Source: Chloroflexota bacterium
Lineage (GTDB): Bacteria; Chloroflexota; UBA11872
DNA length: 64,000 nt
Assembly (NCBI GenBank): GCA_965262745.1
Contig: OZ253558.1
Location: 1,858,494-1,922,493 of the forward strand
Reading direction: 5' to 3'
Shown: piece by piece, positions 1-9,558 of the stretch
How the letters are laid out: each line of letters opens with the position of its first letter
Position numbering within the stretch: the stretch's first letter is position 1
Position numbers and translations under genes: made by a program
Notes under the pieces: generated by a model
Told to the model about the DNA's origin: nothing
The model's database searches: none
What the model saw: only the letters and a program-made list of their open reading frames with translations

Positions 1-3000
1 AGCCATCACGGCAGCTTGTCCAAAGAGCGCCGGCTTCGGGTGGAGCATCGGTTGAAGTCCGGCGACCTGAAGGCGCTGGTGGCCACGGCCTCGCTCGAGC
101 TGGGCATCGACATCGGCAGCATCGACCTGGTGTGCCAGATCGGCTCGCCACGGAGCATGGCCACGTTCTTGCAGCGCATTGGCCGCTCGGGTCACGCCTT
201 GGGCTTGCGTCCGCATGGGCGGATGTTTCCCACCACGCGCGACGAGCTGATCGAGGCCGCGGCGCTCATCCGCGGGGTGCGCGCGGGGCGCCTGGACCGC
301 ATCAGCATCCCTGAGGCGCCGCGCGACGTGCTGGCGCAGCAGATCGTGGCCGAATGCGCCTGCGAGGACTGGTCCGAAACCGCACTGTTTGACCTCATGC
401 GCACCGCCCAGCCGTATGCACAGCTTGCGCGGAGCGACTTCGACGAGATCGTGCAGATGCTCGCCAGCGGCATCGGCGAAGGCGCCGGCCGCTCGGCGCC
501 GCTCCTGCATCACGACCGGATTCACGGCGTCGTGCGAGGCAGGCGGGGCGCGCGCCTCACCGCCCTGATGAACGGCGGGACGATTCCCGAGACGGGTGAC
601 TACCAGGTCGTGGCGGAGCCCGACGACACAGTTGTGGGCTCGGTGAATGAGGACTTCGCCATGGAGAGCATGGCGGGCGATATTTTCCTTCTCGGCAGCA
701 CGTCGTGGCGCATCCGCCGCGTGCACCAGAGCACGGTGCGCGTCGTGGACGCGCAGGGCGCGCCGCCGACGATCCCCTTCTGGCTGGGCGAGGCGCCGGG
801 GCGAACCCGGGAGCTATCGCAAGAAGTGAGCCGGCTGCGCCGGGACATGGCGGACGGTGTCGACGACCCGACGACCCTGCACGCGCGACTGCAACAGGAG
901 TGCGCGGTGCCGCCCACGGCAGCGGCGCAAATGATCGACTACGTGCGCGCGACGCGCGACGGACTGGGTCTGGTGCCTTCCGACAGCGACGTGGTCTACG
1001 AGCGGTTCTTCGACGATTCCGGTGGTATGCAGCTGGTGGTGCACGCGCCGTTCGGCCAGCGGGTGAATCGGGCCTGGGGGCTGGCGCTGCGCAAGCGCTT
1101 CTGCGTGCGCTTCGACTTCGAGCTGCAGGCCGCGGCCAACGACGACGCCATCCTCCTATCGCTGGGTCCGCAGCATTCGTTTCCGCTGGAGGAGACGTTT
1201 CGCTACGTCACCGCCGGCAACGTGACGCGCGCGCTACAGCAAGCGATTCTCTACGTGCCGTTGTTTCCGACCCGTTGGCGCTGGAACGTGACGCGCGCGC
1301 TGGCGGTTGCGCGCCAGCGCGGCGGTCGCCGCGTGCCGCCCTATCTGCAGCGCCTGCGATCCGACGATCTGCTCGCCGCCGTATTTCCCGAGCAAGTCGG
1401 TTGTCAGGAGAACGTCACCGGGCCGCTCGAAGTGCCGGATCATCCGCTGATGGATCAAACGGTGCGCGACTGCCTCACCGAAGCGATGGACCTGCCGGGG
1501 CTCGTTGACATCCTGGAGAAGATCGAGACCGGCCACATCCGGCTGCACGCGCGCGACACGGTTGAGCCCTCGCCCATGGCCCATGAGGTCGTGAGCGGCA
1601 AGCCCTATACCTACCTCGACGACGCGCCGATCGAGGAACGCCGGACGCGGGCCGTGAGCCTGCGGCGCGCACTGCCCGAGAGCGCCCGCGATCTTGGCGC
1701 CCTGGACGCGGATGCCATCGCCCAAGTTGCCGAGGGAGCCTGGCCCGATCCCCGCGAGGCAGAGGAGGCGCACGACGCCCTGCTGAGCCTGGTGGCGGTT
1801 GCCGAGTCGGTCGTGGGCGATTGGCTCGACTGGTTGCATGACCTGCGGACGGCCGGCCGCGCCCTCAAGATTGGCGTCGCCGACGCGATCCTGTGGGCGG
1901 CGGCGGAGCACACGCGAGCCCTGCGGCTGCTGTATCCCGAGGCGCAGATTCCGGATCTACGGCTGCCTCCCGGAGCGGAGCTTCCCGTGGATGATCGTGA
2001 ATCGGCCCGCCGGCTGCTGCTCCGGGGTCACGCCGAGGTCTCGGGTCCGTTCACGGCAGACGATCTGGCCGTGCGCACCGGCCTGCCGACCGAGGACGTG
2101 TCACGCGGACTGATCCAACTCGAGGCGGGTGGATTTCTGCTGCGCGGTCAGTTCACCCCCGGCCTGGGCGCCGAGGAGTTCTGCGACCGGCGCCTGTTGG
2201 CCCGCATTCACCGCGCCACGCTCGATCGGTTGCGGCGCGCCATCGACCCGGTATCGGCGCAGGACTACATGCGCTTCCTGGTCGCTTGGCAGGGGCTCGA
2301 GCCGGCTGGCCGGTTCGAGGGCCGTGCGGGCCTGCGCACCGCGATCGAGCGGCTGCAGGGCTTCGAAGCGCCAGTAGCCGCGTGGGAGAGCGTGCTCCTG
2401 CCCGGCCGCGTGCGCGACTTCCAGCCGCGCTGGCTCGACGAACTGTGCCTGAGCGGCGAGGTGGCGTGGGGCCGCCTGTCGCGGCCGCGCTCCAATGCGA
2501 ACGGCGGGGCGCCGATCACGGGGCACACACTGGCCGCAACGCGCGCGACGCCCATCACTCTCGTGCCGCGTCGGGACCTGAACCTGCTGCTTTTGGCCGC
2601 ACGCGGCGAGGATGGCGGGCCGGCCCCGCCGCCAACGGCCGGCGCGGCCGGTGAAATCTACCGGCTGCTCAAGTCCCGCGGCGCGCTGTTCTTCGACGAG
2701 CTCGCCGCCGCCACCCGGCGCCTGCCAGTCGATGTTGAAGAGGGCTTGCGCGCCCTGATCGGCGGCGGATGGGTGACGTCCGACGGCTTCCACGGCGTTC
2801 GTGCGCTGGCCGGGCGGCGACGACGCAGCGGATCGCGGCGCCGCGGCGGCGGTCGGCACAGTCTGGGTGCGCCGGTCTCACCGCCGGGGCGATGGTCGCT
2901 CCTCGAGGCCGGTCCAGATGCTGAGGCTTTGGCCGACGACCTGGCGGAGGGCGTGGCACACGTCATGCTGGGACGTTACGGCGTCGTCTTCCGAGATTTG

Positions 3001-3321
3001 CGCCCACGAGAGGCGTTCATGCTTCCCTGGCGCGACGTGCTCCGCGCCCTGCGGCGTCTCGAGGCCAGGGGCGTTGTGCGCGGCGGCCGGTTCGTGACGG
3101 GATTCGTCGGCGAGCAGTACGCCCTCCCCGAGGCCGTCACGGCCCTTCGCCGCCAGCGAGCCGCGCCGCTCAGCGACCTGCGGGTGCGCATCAGCGCCGT
3201 GGACCCGCTCAACCTGACAGGCGTCGTCACCCCGGGCGCGCGCGTTCCGGCGTATCCCGGACGATCCATCGAACTCGTCGACGGCCTGCCCTCCGTGGAG
3301 CAGGGCGCCGCCGCTCGCTGA
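1..3321 (+). CDS. lhr: ATP-dependent helicase Lhr, C-terminal about 1100 aa (5-prime partial; gene starts upstream of the window)
   Basis: The frame is open from nt 1 (SHHGSLSKERR...). Helicase motif VI QRIGRSGH follows TASLELGIDIG. A long Lhr-type C-terminal region continues to the stop at 3319-3321. Confidence 0.85.
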   Translation, partial: SHHGSLSKERRLRVEHRLKSGDLKALVATASLELGIDIGSIDLVCQIGSPRSMATFLQRIGRSGHALGLRPHGRMFPTTRDELIEAAALIRGVRAGRLDRISIPEAPRDVLAQQIVAECACEDWSETALFDLMRTAQPYAQLARSDFDEIVQMLASGIGEGAGRSAPLLHHDRIHGVVRGRRGARLTALMNGGTIPETGDYQVVAEPDDTVVGSVNEDFAMESMAGDIFLLGSTSWRIRRVHQSTVRVVDAQGAPPTIPFWLGEAPGRTRELSQEVSRLRRDMADGVDDPTTLHARLQQECAVPPTAAAQMIDYVRATRDGLGLVPSDSDVVYERFFDDSGGMQLVVHAPFGQRVNRAWGLALRKRFCVRFDFELQAAANDDAILLSLGPQHSFPLEETFRYVTAGNVTRALQQAILYVPLFPTRWRWNVTRALAVARQRGGRRVPPYLQRLRSDDLLAAVFPEQVGCQENVTGPLEVPDHPLMDQTVRDCLTEAMDLPGLVDILEKIETGHIRLHARDTVEPSPMAHEVVSGKPYTYLDDAPIEERRTRAVSLRRALPESARDLGALDADAIAQVAEGAWPDPREAEEAHDALLSLVAVAESVVGDWLDWLHDLRTAGRALKIGVADAILWAAAEHTRALRLLYPEAQIPDLRLPPGAELPVDDRESARRLLLRGHAEVSGPFTADDLAVRTGLPTEDVSRGLIQLEAGGFLLRGQFTPGLGAEEFCDRRLLARIHRATLDRLRRAIDPVSAQDYMRFLVAWQGLEPAGRFEGRAGLRTAIERLQGFEAPVAAWESVLLPGRVRDFQPRWLDELCLSGEVAWGRLSRPRSNANGGAPITGHTLAATRATPITLVPRRDLNLLLLAARGEDGGPAPPPTAGAAGEIYRLLKSRGALFFDELAAATRRLPVDVEEGLRALIGGGWVTSDGFHGVRALAGRRRRSGSRRRGGGRHSLGAPVSPPGRWSLLEAGPDAEALADDLAEGVAHVMLGRYGVVFRDLRPREAFMLPWRDVLRALRRLEARGVVRGGRFVTGFVGEQYALPEAVTALRRQRAAPLSDLRVRISAVDPLNLTGVVTPGARVPAYPGRSIELVDGLPSVEQGAAAR

Positions 3322-3491
3322 CAGGACTGCCGCGGCGCTGCACAATCCACGAGGGGGCACGATGCGTAGTGTTTCAAAGCAACGCACTCTGTCTTGGAGT
3401 CCCGCTGCGATCGATAGAGAGACCCTGACGTGAGGAGCCTTCGACGACGTGCGCCGACGGCGCGCAGCCCGTCGCCCCATGCGCCATCGCC

Positions 3492-4748
3492 ATGTACCGG
3501 AGATCAAGCATGACGGATCGGATGCGGTGGTTGAGTCTGGCGGGCGCCCTTGCCGGCATTGCGGCGATCATCGCGGTGATTCTCGTTGTGGTGCAGCCGC
3601 CGCAAGCACTCGACGGCGCCGGGGTGCCGGACGATCCCGTCACGCCGCAGACCGCACCCACGCCTGATGTTGCGGCCGCGGCCAGCCCGGCCGCGGCTGT
3701 CACGAATCCACCCGTGGCCGTGGCAAGCCCGTCGGCAACCGTGGCAAGCCCCCAGGCAGCCACGGCAAGCCCGACAGTAGCCGTGGCAAGTCCCGCGGCA
3801 ACCGCGGCGCCACCTGAGCCGGCCGGACCGCTCGCGCCGGAGTTTGTGCACGTGACCCAATGGCTCAACAGTCCGGCGCTGAGCCTGGCCGACCTGCGCG
3901 GACAGGTCGTGCTGATCGATGTGTGGACCTTCGGCTGCTACAACTGCCGCAACACCCTGCCGTACCTCCGCGACTGGCACGCGAAATACGCCTCCGAGGG
4001 TCTGCAAATCGTAGGGGTGCACACGCCTGAGTTCGACTTCGAAAAAGTGGAAACCAATGTGCGGGACGCCATGATCCGGCTGGGCGTGACCTGGCCCGTG
4101 GCGATGGACAACGACTTCGGCACCTGGCGCGCCTATCGAAACCGCTATTGGCCGCGCAAGTACTTGGTGGATCAGCAGGGCCATGTCCGCTTTGACGTGA
4201 TCGGCGAAGGGTCCTACGCGGAGATGGAGCGCCGAATCCGGGAGTTGCTCACCGCCGGCGGGGCCTCCCTCGACCACATCCCAATCGGGGGCGTGGACGC
4301 CGGCGCTGCGTTCGCGCAGACGGCGCTGTACACCGGTGAAGCCTGGGAAGAGGGTCGCTTCGTGGCCAATGAAGGCGCGGCGGACGCGGGTCAACTCAGT
4401 CTCAGCGGCGCCTGGGTGGTGGAATCCGACCGGGTGCGGCCCGATGCGGCGACAGAGCTGACGTCTTGGGGCGCGACGGTCCGGGTGGCAACCGGCGCGG
4501 CCAACGTAGCCGCGGGGGCGACCTTGGATTCGCCGGTGCTGGTGGAAGTGACATTGGACGGTGCGCCCGTGCCTGAGCCGCTGCGCGGCGCTCACGTCTA
4601 TGCCGCCGAAGACGGAGCGACGTTCATCGCGGTGGGCGCATTCGGCACCTACGGGCTGCTGCGCAACGCCGGGGACGCGCCGCGCGAGTTGCGGCTGCAC
4701 ACGGCCGATGCCGGCCTGACGCTCTATACGTTCACCTTCGGGGCGTAG
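3492..4748 (+). CDS. Membrane-anchored TlpA/ResA-like thiol:disulfide oxidoreductase with a DipZ-like C-terminal domain
   Basis: N-terminal TM helix (LSLAGALAGIAAIIAVILVVV), an Ala/Ser/Pro repeat linker, and a redoxin motif WTFGCYNCRNTLPYL (CxxC). About 150 aa follow the Trx fold. A ccdA gene lies immediately downstream. Confidence 0.75.
   Translation: MYRRSSMTDRMRWLSLAGALAGIAAIIAVILVVVQPPQALDGAGVPDDPVTPQTAPTPDVAAAASPAAAVTNPPVAVASPSATVASPQAATASPTVAVASPAATAAPPEPAGPLAPEFVHVTQWLNSPALSLADLRGQVVLIDVWTFGCYNCRNTLPYLRDWHAKYASEGLQIVGVHTPEFDFEKVETNVRDAMIRLGVTWPVAMDNDFGTWRAYRNRYWPRKYLVDQQGHVRFDVIGEGSYAEMERRIRELLTAGGASLDHIPIGGVDAGAAFAQTALYTGEAWEEGRFVANEGAADAGQLSLSGAWVVESDRVRPDAATELTSWGATVRVATGAANVAAGATLDSPVLVEVTLDGAPVPEPLRGAHVYAAEDGATFIAVGAFGTYGLLRNAGDAPRELRLHTADAGLTLYTFTFGA
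3711..3800 (+). repeat. In-frame imperfect tandem repeat (GTGGCAAGCCC core, 4 copies) encoding a VA-SP-type linker
   Basis: The gtggcaagccc / acggcaagccc / gtggcaagtccc motif recurs every 21-27 nt. Translated: VAVASPSATVASPQAATASPTVAVASPAATA. Confidence 0.6.
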
Positions 4749-4759
4749 GCCCTTCTCCG

Positions 4760-5476
4760 GTGGACCAGTCGCTCAACCTGGCGGTGGCGTTTGGGGCCGG
4801 CGCGGCGTCGTTCATAGCGCCGTGCACGCTCGCGCTGGTGCCGGCCTACGTGCTGTATCTGGGCGGCCTCACCCTGAGCGACAGCGACGCGGCAGGGGCG
4901 CGCGCGACCCGAGGCGCGACATTGCGCAGCGTCCTCGCGTTCACGCTGGGATTCACTGGGGTATTCGTCATCCTCGGCGCATCGCTTGGAGCGCTCACCC
5001 AGACGCTCGCCGACCATTCGGTATGGCTGAACCGAGTCGGCGGCGCCCTCATCATCCTGCTCGGGCTGATGACCGTGGGGTTGCTGCGACTGCCGGTGGC
5101 GCAGCAAGGTTTCATCGTGCGGCCTCGGGTATCCCGCCAGCTGCACGTCGCCGGCTCGCTCTTGATCGGCGGGGCATTCGCGCTGAGTTGGGTTCCCTGT
5201 GTGGGGCCGATCCTCGGAGCGATCCTGGTGCTGGCGGCCACTACGGCATCCGTAGGCGACGGCGCCCTGCTGCTCTTGGCGTACTCGCTGGGCCTCATGC
5301 TCCCATTTGCGGCCGCGGGCGCGTTCTCGGGCTGGACGCGCGCGCTCCTGCAGCGTCATGGCCATGCCCTCAACTACGCGACCCACGTCGGCGGCGCCCT
5401 GCTCATTGCGCTGGGGATCGTGGTATTTACGAATCTGATGCCGGTCATCGCCCGATATATTCCAATTGGCGTATGA
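4760..5476 (+). CDS. ccdA: Cytochrome c biogenesis / thiol-disulfide transporter CcdA (DsbD transmembrane-domain family)
   Basis: Polytopic membrane protein with two conserved Cys-containing segments: FIAPCTLALVPAYV near the N-terminus and LSWVPCVGPILGAIL mid-protein. GTG start 12 nt after the Trx-like gene. Confidence 0.8.
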   Translation: MDQSLNLAVAFGAGAASFIAPCTLALVPAYVLYLGGLTLSDSDAAGARATRGATLRSVLAFTLGFTGVFVILGASLGALTQTLADHSVWLNRVGGALIILLGLMTVGLLRLPVAQQGFIVRPRVSRQLHVAGSLLIGGAFALSWVPCVGPILGAILVLAATTASVGDGALLLLAYSLGLMLPFAAAGAFSGWTRALLQRHGHALNYATHVGGALLIALGIVVFTNLMPVIARYIPIGV

Positions 5477-5582
5477 CGGGCGCGGCGGACCGAATAGAAT
5501 GAAAAAGGCCGTGGGCACGCGTCGACCGGCATAGGGTCCACCACGGAAGCGGACGCGTGGACGATGGGACGGAGCGAATAGC

Positions 5583-7058
5583 ATGACCAGCACGCCAGAC
5601 AGACAGGCTCTCGCGCGCCTTGCGGCCGCCATCGGGCAGCTGCTTCCGGTAGACGGTGAGCGCTCACTGACGGCCGTGGCCCAGAAATTCGATCTCGACG
5701 TTGCGCCCGCGGTTGACGCGGAGTACTACGCTGGGCGGCTGATCGCCGAAGCCAGCCGCACCGACACGCTCGGAGATGTCGTGCGTGCCGTCATCGAGTC
5801 GGGCGTCGTCTATCGACGGGACGCGCGCGAGCCCGTCGATGCCGCCGAATATGCCGAGTTGTCCACAGCCACGGAGGCGTTCGCGATAACCCTCGCACCA
5901 TTCGCGGAAATCGACGGCTCCGCCCAACAGGGCGATGCCTCCGAGCGGCGCACCCGGCTGCTTCGCGCCATGTTCGCCCTCTACTCAGACATGATGAGCG
6001 GGCCTGCCGACGAGCGCAGACTCAAGCTGGCCAACGTCATGGGCGGCTTGCTCCGAGCCAATGACATCGAGATTTTGCGTCTGCCGCACGCTCGCGCGAA
6101 CGATGTCCACGGGGTCGTACGCATGGGCGGCATCGAGCATTTGATGGTCGGCCTATGGGAAGTGGGCGACGACCCGCTGGCGATCGATTCCACGGAACAG
6201 TCCATCCACGTGCATGATCGGCGCACGCTGATCGTGGCCGTCCAGGGGTTTCCGCGCGATTTGCGGCTCGATCCCGACCGCGACCGTCGCAAGGTGCTCT
6301 TCGATGGCCGCGATCTCACGCTGCTCCTGGAAGGCCGCTGGAACCTGCCGCACGCCGTGCGCTGGAAGGCTCGCGAGCAGCGCGAGACGGGGGCGTTTGC
6401 GCGACTGCCGATGAGCCCGCCCCAGAACGATCCGACGGCGCTCGCCCTCTCGTCGGACACCCCCACAGACATCGTCGAGGTTGACGCCGAGCAGAAGACC
6501 GTGGCGGCCAACGTCTCCGAGTTCGACGAGACGATCTCAGAGGAGCTCGAGGCGTCCGAAGCCGAGGCGAAGCGCCTGCGCACGATCGGCATCGCGCTGG
6601 CGTCGCTGGTGGTGGCCGTGATCATTGGACTGTTCATCAATGCAAAGGTGCAAGAATCGATCCAAGCCGGGCACCTCGATACCGCGAGTTCCATGGCGCT
6701 GCGCGCCGCCCAGGCGCAAGAAGATGCCTTCGAACGGCTCGAGACCACCGGCCTGGCCCGCTACTTCGAAGACTCCATTATCGCTTCCATTCAGCAGCAG
6801 ATTAACCAACTGCGCGGCGCGGGTGTCCGCATCACCGCCCGCGTTGACCGGGAAGTCCTGCGCGAGAACTCAGCCGTGCAGGACGAGCAGGCATTCATCA
6901 CCTTTCGCGAGAGCGGCGTAACCGAGATTCGCAACCTCAGTGACGGACAGATCAGAAGTAGCAATCAGGCATACCGCGCGATCCTCGGCTTCCTCATGAC
7001 TCGAGCCGAGAGCGGTGATTGGCTCGTAGTCGGTCAGCGGGAGTTCGATAGCGGCTGA
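5583..7058 (+). CDS. Hypothetical bitopic membrane protein (about 330-aa cytoplasmic part, one TM, about 130-aa C-terminal domain)
   Basis: Long ORF with GC3-rich codons and a single hydrophobic helix, IGIALASLVVAVIIGLFI. I recognise no family. Confidence 0.6.
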   Translation: MTSTPDRQALARLAAAIGQLLPVDGERSLTAVAQKFDLDVAPAVDAEYYAGRLIAEASRTDTLGDVVRAVIESGVVYRRDAREPVDAAEYAELSTATEAFAITLAPFAEIDGSAQQGDASERRTRLLRAMFALYSDMMSGPADERRLKLANVMGGLLRANDIEILRLPHARANDVHGVVRMGGIEHLMVGLWEVGDDPLAIDSTEQSIHVHDRRTLIVAVQGFPRDLRLDPDRDRRKVLFDGRDLTLLLEGRWNLPHAVRWKAREQRETGAFARLPMSPPQNDPTALALSSDTPTDIVEVDAEQKTVAANVSEFDETISEELEASEAEAKRLRTIGIALASLVVAVIIGLFINAKVQESIQAGHLDTASSMALRAAQAQEDAFERLETTGLARYFEDSIIASIQQQINQLRGAGVRITARVDREVLRENSAVQDEQAFITFRESGVTEIRNLSDGQIRSSNQAYRAILGFLMTRAESGDWLVVGQREFDSG

Positions 7059-7143
7059 CCCCAGGGTCGGCTGTACCGGGCCGCGGCGACGTTAGGTATT
7101 CTGGCGCGCGGTTGTTTGGGGCTGCCAAGGCTTGCGGCCGCCG

Positions 7144-7218
7144 GGCGACGTAGCCAAGTGGGAAGGCGGGGGTCTGCAAAACCCCTATTCCTCGGTTCGA
7201 TTCCGAGCGTCGCCTCCA
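7144..7218 (+). tRNA. tRNA-Cys (anticodon GCA), CCA encoded
   Basis: Hand-folded cloverleaf. Acceptor GGCGACG/CGTCGCC. Anticodon stem GGGGT/ACCCC with loop CTGCAAA. T arm CTCGG-TTCGATT-CCGAG. Discriminator T followed by CCA. 75 nt. Confidence 0.9.
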
Positions 7219-7313
7219 GCGGGTGTCCGCGCCACGCCCGTGATCGGTGTGTCGCGGCTATGCGCGGCGGTTCGCGCCGCCTGGCAACCGCGCGACTTCG
7301 CCGGTCCGTCTGC

Positions 7314-9134
7314 TCAGCTGTGCGCGACGCGACGCACGCGATCCCAAACCTGCTCGATGAACTCGCGCCCCGGGCTTCCCGGCGGCACCGTCAGAAACTC
7401 ATCGCGCCCGGCACGGGCGTGGAGCCATGCGACGACGATATTTCGATGATCGACCGAGACGGTGTCGGTCGGCTCGCGAGGCGCCAGTATCTGATGCACC
7501 GCGCGCCGAACGTCGGCACGGCGGGGACGCGCCAGGGAAACATGCTGAGCGATTTGCCCGTCCTCAATTCGCGCGATCTCCGCGTCGCCCGGCTGCCGGG
7601 CGGCATCCACGACAATCACGCGCTCACCCCCAAGTCCGCCGGCGAGCGGCAGACGCTCAACGCGCGCCCGCCGCAGCCGCTGCACGATCACCTCACGCTC
7701 ATCGTCCGCGGCGTCGGTGCTGGAGACGACGGCGATTGCCGCCTCGCGGCCATGTGTGAGATAGGCCATAGCCGCGGCACGCCGCCAGGGCTCGACACAG
7801 GCCACGCTCCGAGCCGGCATGTCCAGCAGGCGGCGCGCGGCTTGCGCAGCCAGCCGCGCATCACGCGCCGTGCGGTAGGGCCCCACATAGTTGCCCGCAT
7901 CGCCGCGCACGGTTGCCGCAGCGTTCACGACCGCCGCCTCGGCGGGGCCGACGTGCACGAGCAATCGTGAAGCCCGGCGCTGACGCTGCACGTTGTACAC
8001 CGGCGTCAGCTCGGCGATCAGCTCCGCTTCCCGCAGCAGGGCGCGTAGCTCCGATCCGGTGACTTCCCAGTCGACGCGGTCGATCCGCGGCAGCATGTCG
8101 GCTCGCTGCCGGACGAAGCTCTGCGACGTAGTGAAGTGCGCGCGTACGCGGCGCTGCAGCGAAACGGTCTTGCCGACGTAGAGCGCCCGGCCCGCCACGT
8201 CGCGAAACACGTAGTTTCCGGCAGATGGCGGAAGGTTGCGCGAGGCCCAGCGGGCAAGCTCCTTGGCGCGCTGCGGCATTGGACCCTCCGGCCCACCTTC
8301 CTCACCCAGCGCGCGCAGCGCCTCCACGGTTGTGACGTCCTTCGCGCGCGCACGGTCGAGCAGCGCCGCAAACAGCTGGTTGGTGGCGCGGGCGTCTGGG
8401 AGCGCCCGGTGGCGGGGCGCCTCATGTCCACCGAGCAGCTCGAGCGCATCGGCCAGGCCGGAGACTTCGGCCTCCGGCATCAGCACCTGCATCAACTCCA
8501 TCGTGTCGAGGCCATCGCCGGGAAAGAGCGGACGCTGGGCCCATACGGCCTCGCGGTTGAGGTAGCCAAGATCGGTGGGCAAGTTGTGCGCCACCAGCAC
8601 CGCCCCGGATTGGAAGTCCCGAAAGTCGTCGATCACGGTTTCAATCGGCGGTGCGTCGACCAGCATCTCCTCGGTGACGCCGGTGTAGCGCGTGATGAAC
8701 TTGGAGACGCGACCGGGAATGCGGACCAGGGACTCGAACGTGCCGACGACAGCGCCATCGCGCACGCGTTCGGCGCCGATCTCGAGAACGCGATGGCGGC
8801 CGCCGCGCCCGCCGTTGGTCTCGATATCGAAGATCACGAACTCGGCTTGGTCCAAGCTTTGGGCCCGGTGGCGCCACGCCGCCAGCTCCCACTGACCCGC
8901 CGAGGCGCGCCGCAAGCGGTCGTCCTTCAGCAGGAGCGGCTCCAGAGCGCGCGTCGCGATGGCGGCGGCCTTGGACTCCACGTGCAGCACCGCCTGTGCC
9001 AGATGCTCCAGCGACAACGGGCGGTCGGCTTCGGCCAGCTCGCCGATCGCGGCTTCAACGAGTGCGCTGCGGCGCGGCCGCGCTCCTCCGTTTACCGAGG
9101 TCACGCGGCGCCTGCGCGGCGCGTCATTCCTCAC
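7314..9134 (-). CDS. DEDDh 3-prime-5-prime exonuclease (DnaQ-like) fused to a GIY-YIG nuclease domain, with a long C-terminal region
   Basis: Exo I motif FVIFDIETNGG, a later HRALPDA (Exo III-like), and the GIY-YIG signature YVFRDVAGRALYVGKTVSLQRRVRAHF. Confidence 0.75.
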   Translation of the reverse strand: MRNDAPRRRRVTSVNGGARPRRSALVEAAIGELAEADRPLSLEHLAQAVLHVESKAAAIATRALEPLLLKDDRLRRASAGQWELAAWRHRAQSLDQAEFVIFDIETNGGRGGRHRVLEIGAERVRDGAVVGTFESLVRIPGRVSKFITRYTGVTEEMLVDAPPIETVIDDFRDFQSGAVLVAHNLPTDLGYLNREAVWAQRPLFPGDGLDTMELMQVLMPEAEVSGLADALELLGGHEAPRHRALPDARATNQLFAALLDRARAKDVTTVEALRALGEEGGPEGPMPQRAKELARWASRNLPPSAGNYVFRDVAGRALYVGKTVSLQRRVRAHFTTSQSFVRQRADMLPRIDRVDWEVTGSELRALLREAELIAELTPVYNVQRQRRASRLLVHVGPAEAAVVNAAATVRGDAGNYVGPYRTARDARLAAQAARRLLDMPARSVACVEPWRRAAAMAYLTHGREAAIAVVSSTDAADDEREVIVQRLRRARVERLPLAGGLGGERVIVVDAARQPGDAEIARIEDGQIAQHVSLARPRRADVRRAVHQILAPREPTDTVSVDHRNIVVAWLHARAGRDEFLTVPPGSPGREFIEQVWDRVRRVAHS

Positions 9135-9519
9135 GGCCCCCGAGCACGACCGATCCGGCCACGTTGATCAGGCCAACGATGATCGATCCGACCACCGCGC
9201 CGATCACGGTGCGGATTTCGATGGCCTCGACGGTCTGAGCCGCCAGCCAAAAGACGGCCGCGCTTACCACGACGTGCGAGAGCCCCAGCGTCAGCATGCC
9301 GAGCACACAGGTGACCGGCTTGAGCAGCAGATCCACCACGGGCCGGACGTACGCGTTGACCAGCGCGAGAACAGCGGCAAACGCCGTGATCGTGATCCAG
9401 AAGTCGCGCGTTCCCTCGGGTGGAAACGCGATGCCGTCGGGGACAAACGCCGCCACCGCCAGCACCGCGAAGAAGCACGTCACCAATCGCGCGAGCAGGT
9501 AGCGCAACTCGCGGGTCAT
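9124..9519 (-). CDS. Small 4-TM membrane protein, 'phage holin 4_2' (PF04020)-like family
   Basis: Four hydrophobic segments. LVNAYVRPVVDLLLKPVTCVLGMLTLGL resembles the family core. Its stop overlaps the start of the downstream exonuclease gene by 11 nt. Confidence 0.55.
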   Translation of the reverse strand: MTRELRYLLARLVTCFFAVLAVAAFVPDGIAFPPEGTRDFWITITAFAAVLALVNAYVRPVVDLLLKPVTCVLGMLTLGLSHVVVSAAVFWLAAQTVEAIEIRTVIGAVVGSIIVGLINVAGSVVLGGREE

Positions 9520-9558
9520 GCCTGACCCATCGCAGTGTCTGCGGCAGCGACCGCAAGT

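Noticed and set aside
3504-4700. 398-aa minus-strand ORF
   Set aside because: It is antisense to the Trx-like gene, which has a clear CxxC redoxin motif. Its Arg/Gly/His/Pro-rich composition is typical of shadow ORFs in high-GC DNA.
7144-7313. tRNA-Cys as a possible genomic-island integration site
   Set aside because: There is no integrase, no direct repeat of the tRNA 3-prime end and no compositional shift downstream. The next gene converges directly on the tRNA.
9124-9519. Prophage remnant, suggested by the 'phage holin' family name
   Set aside because: No other phage-like genes, integrase or att-like repeats are nearby. PF04020-type proteins are widespread chromosomal membrane proteins.
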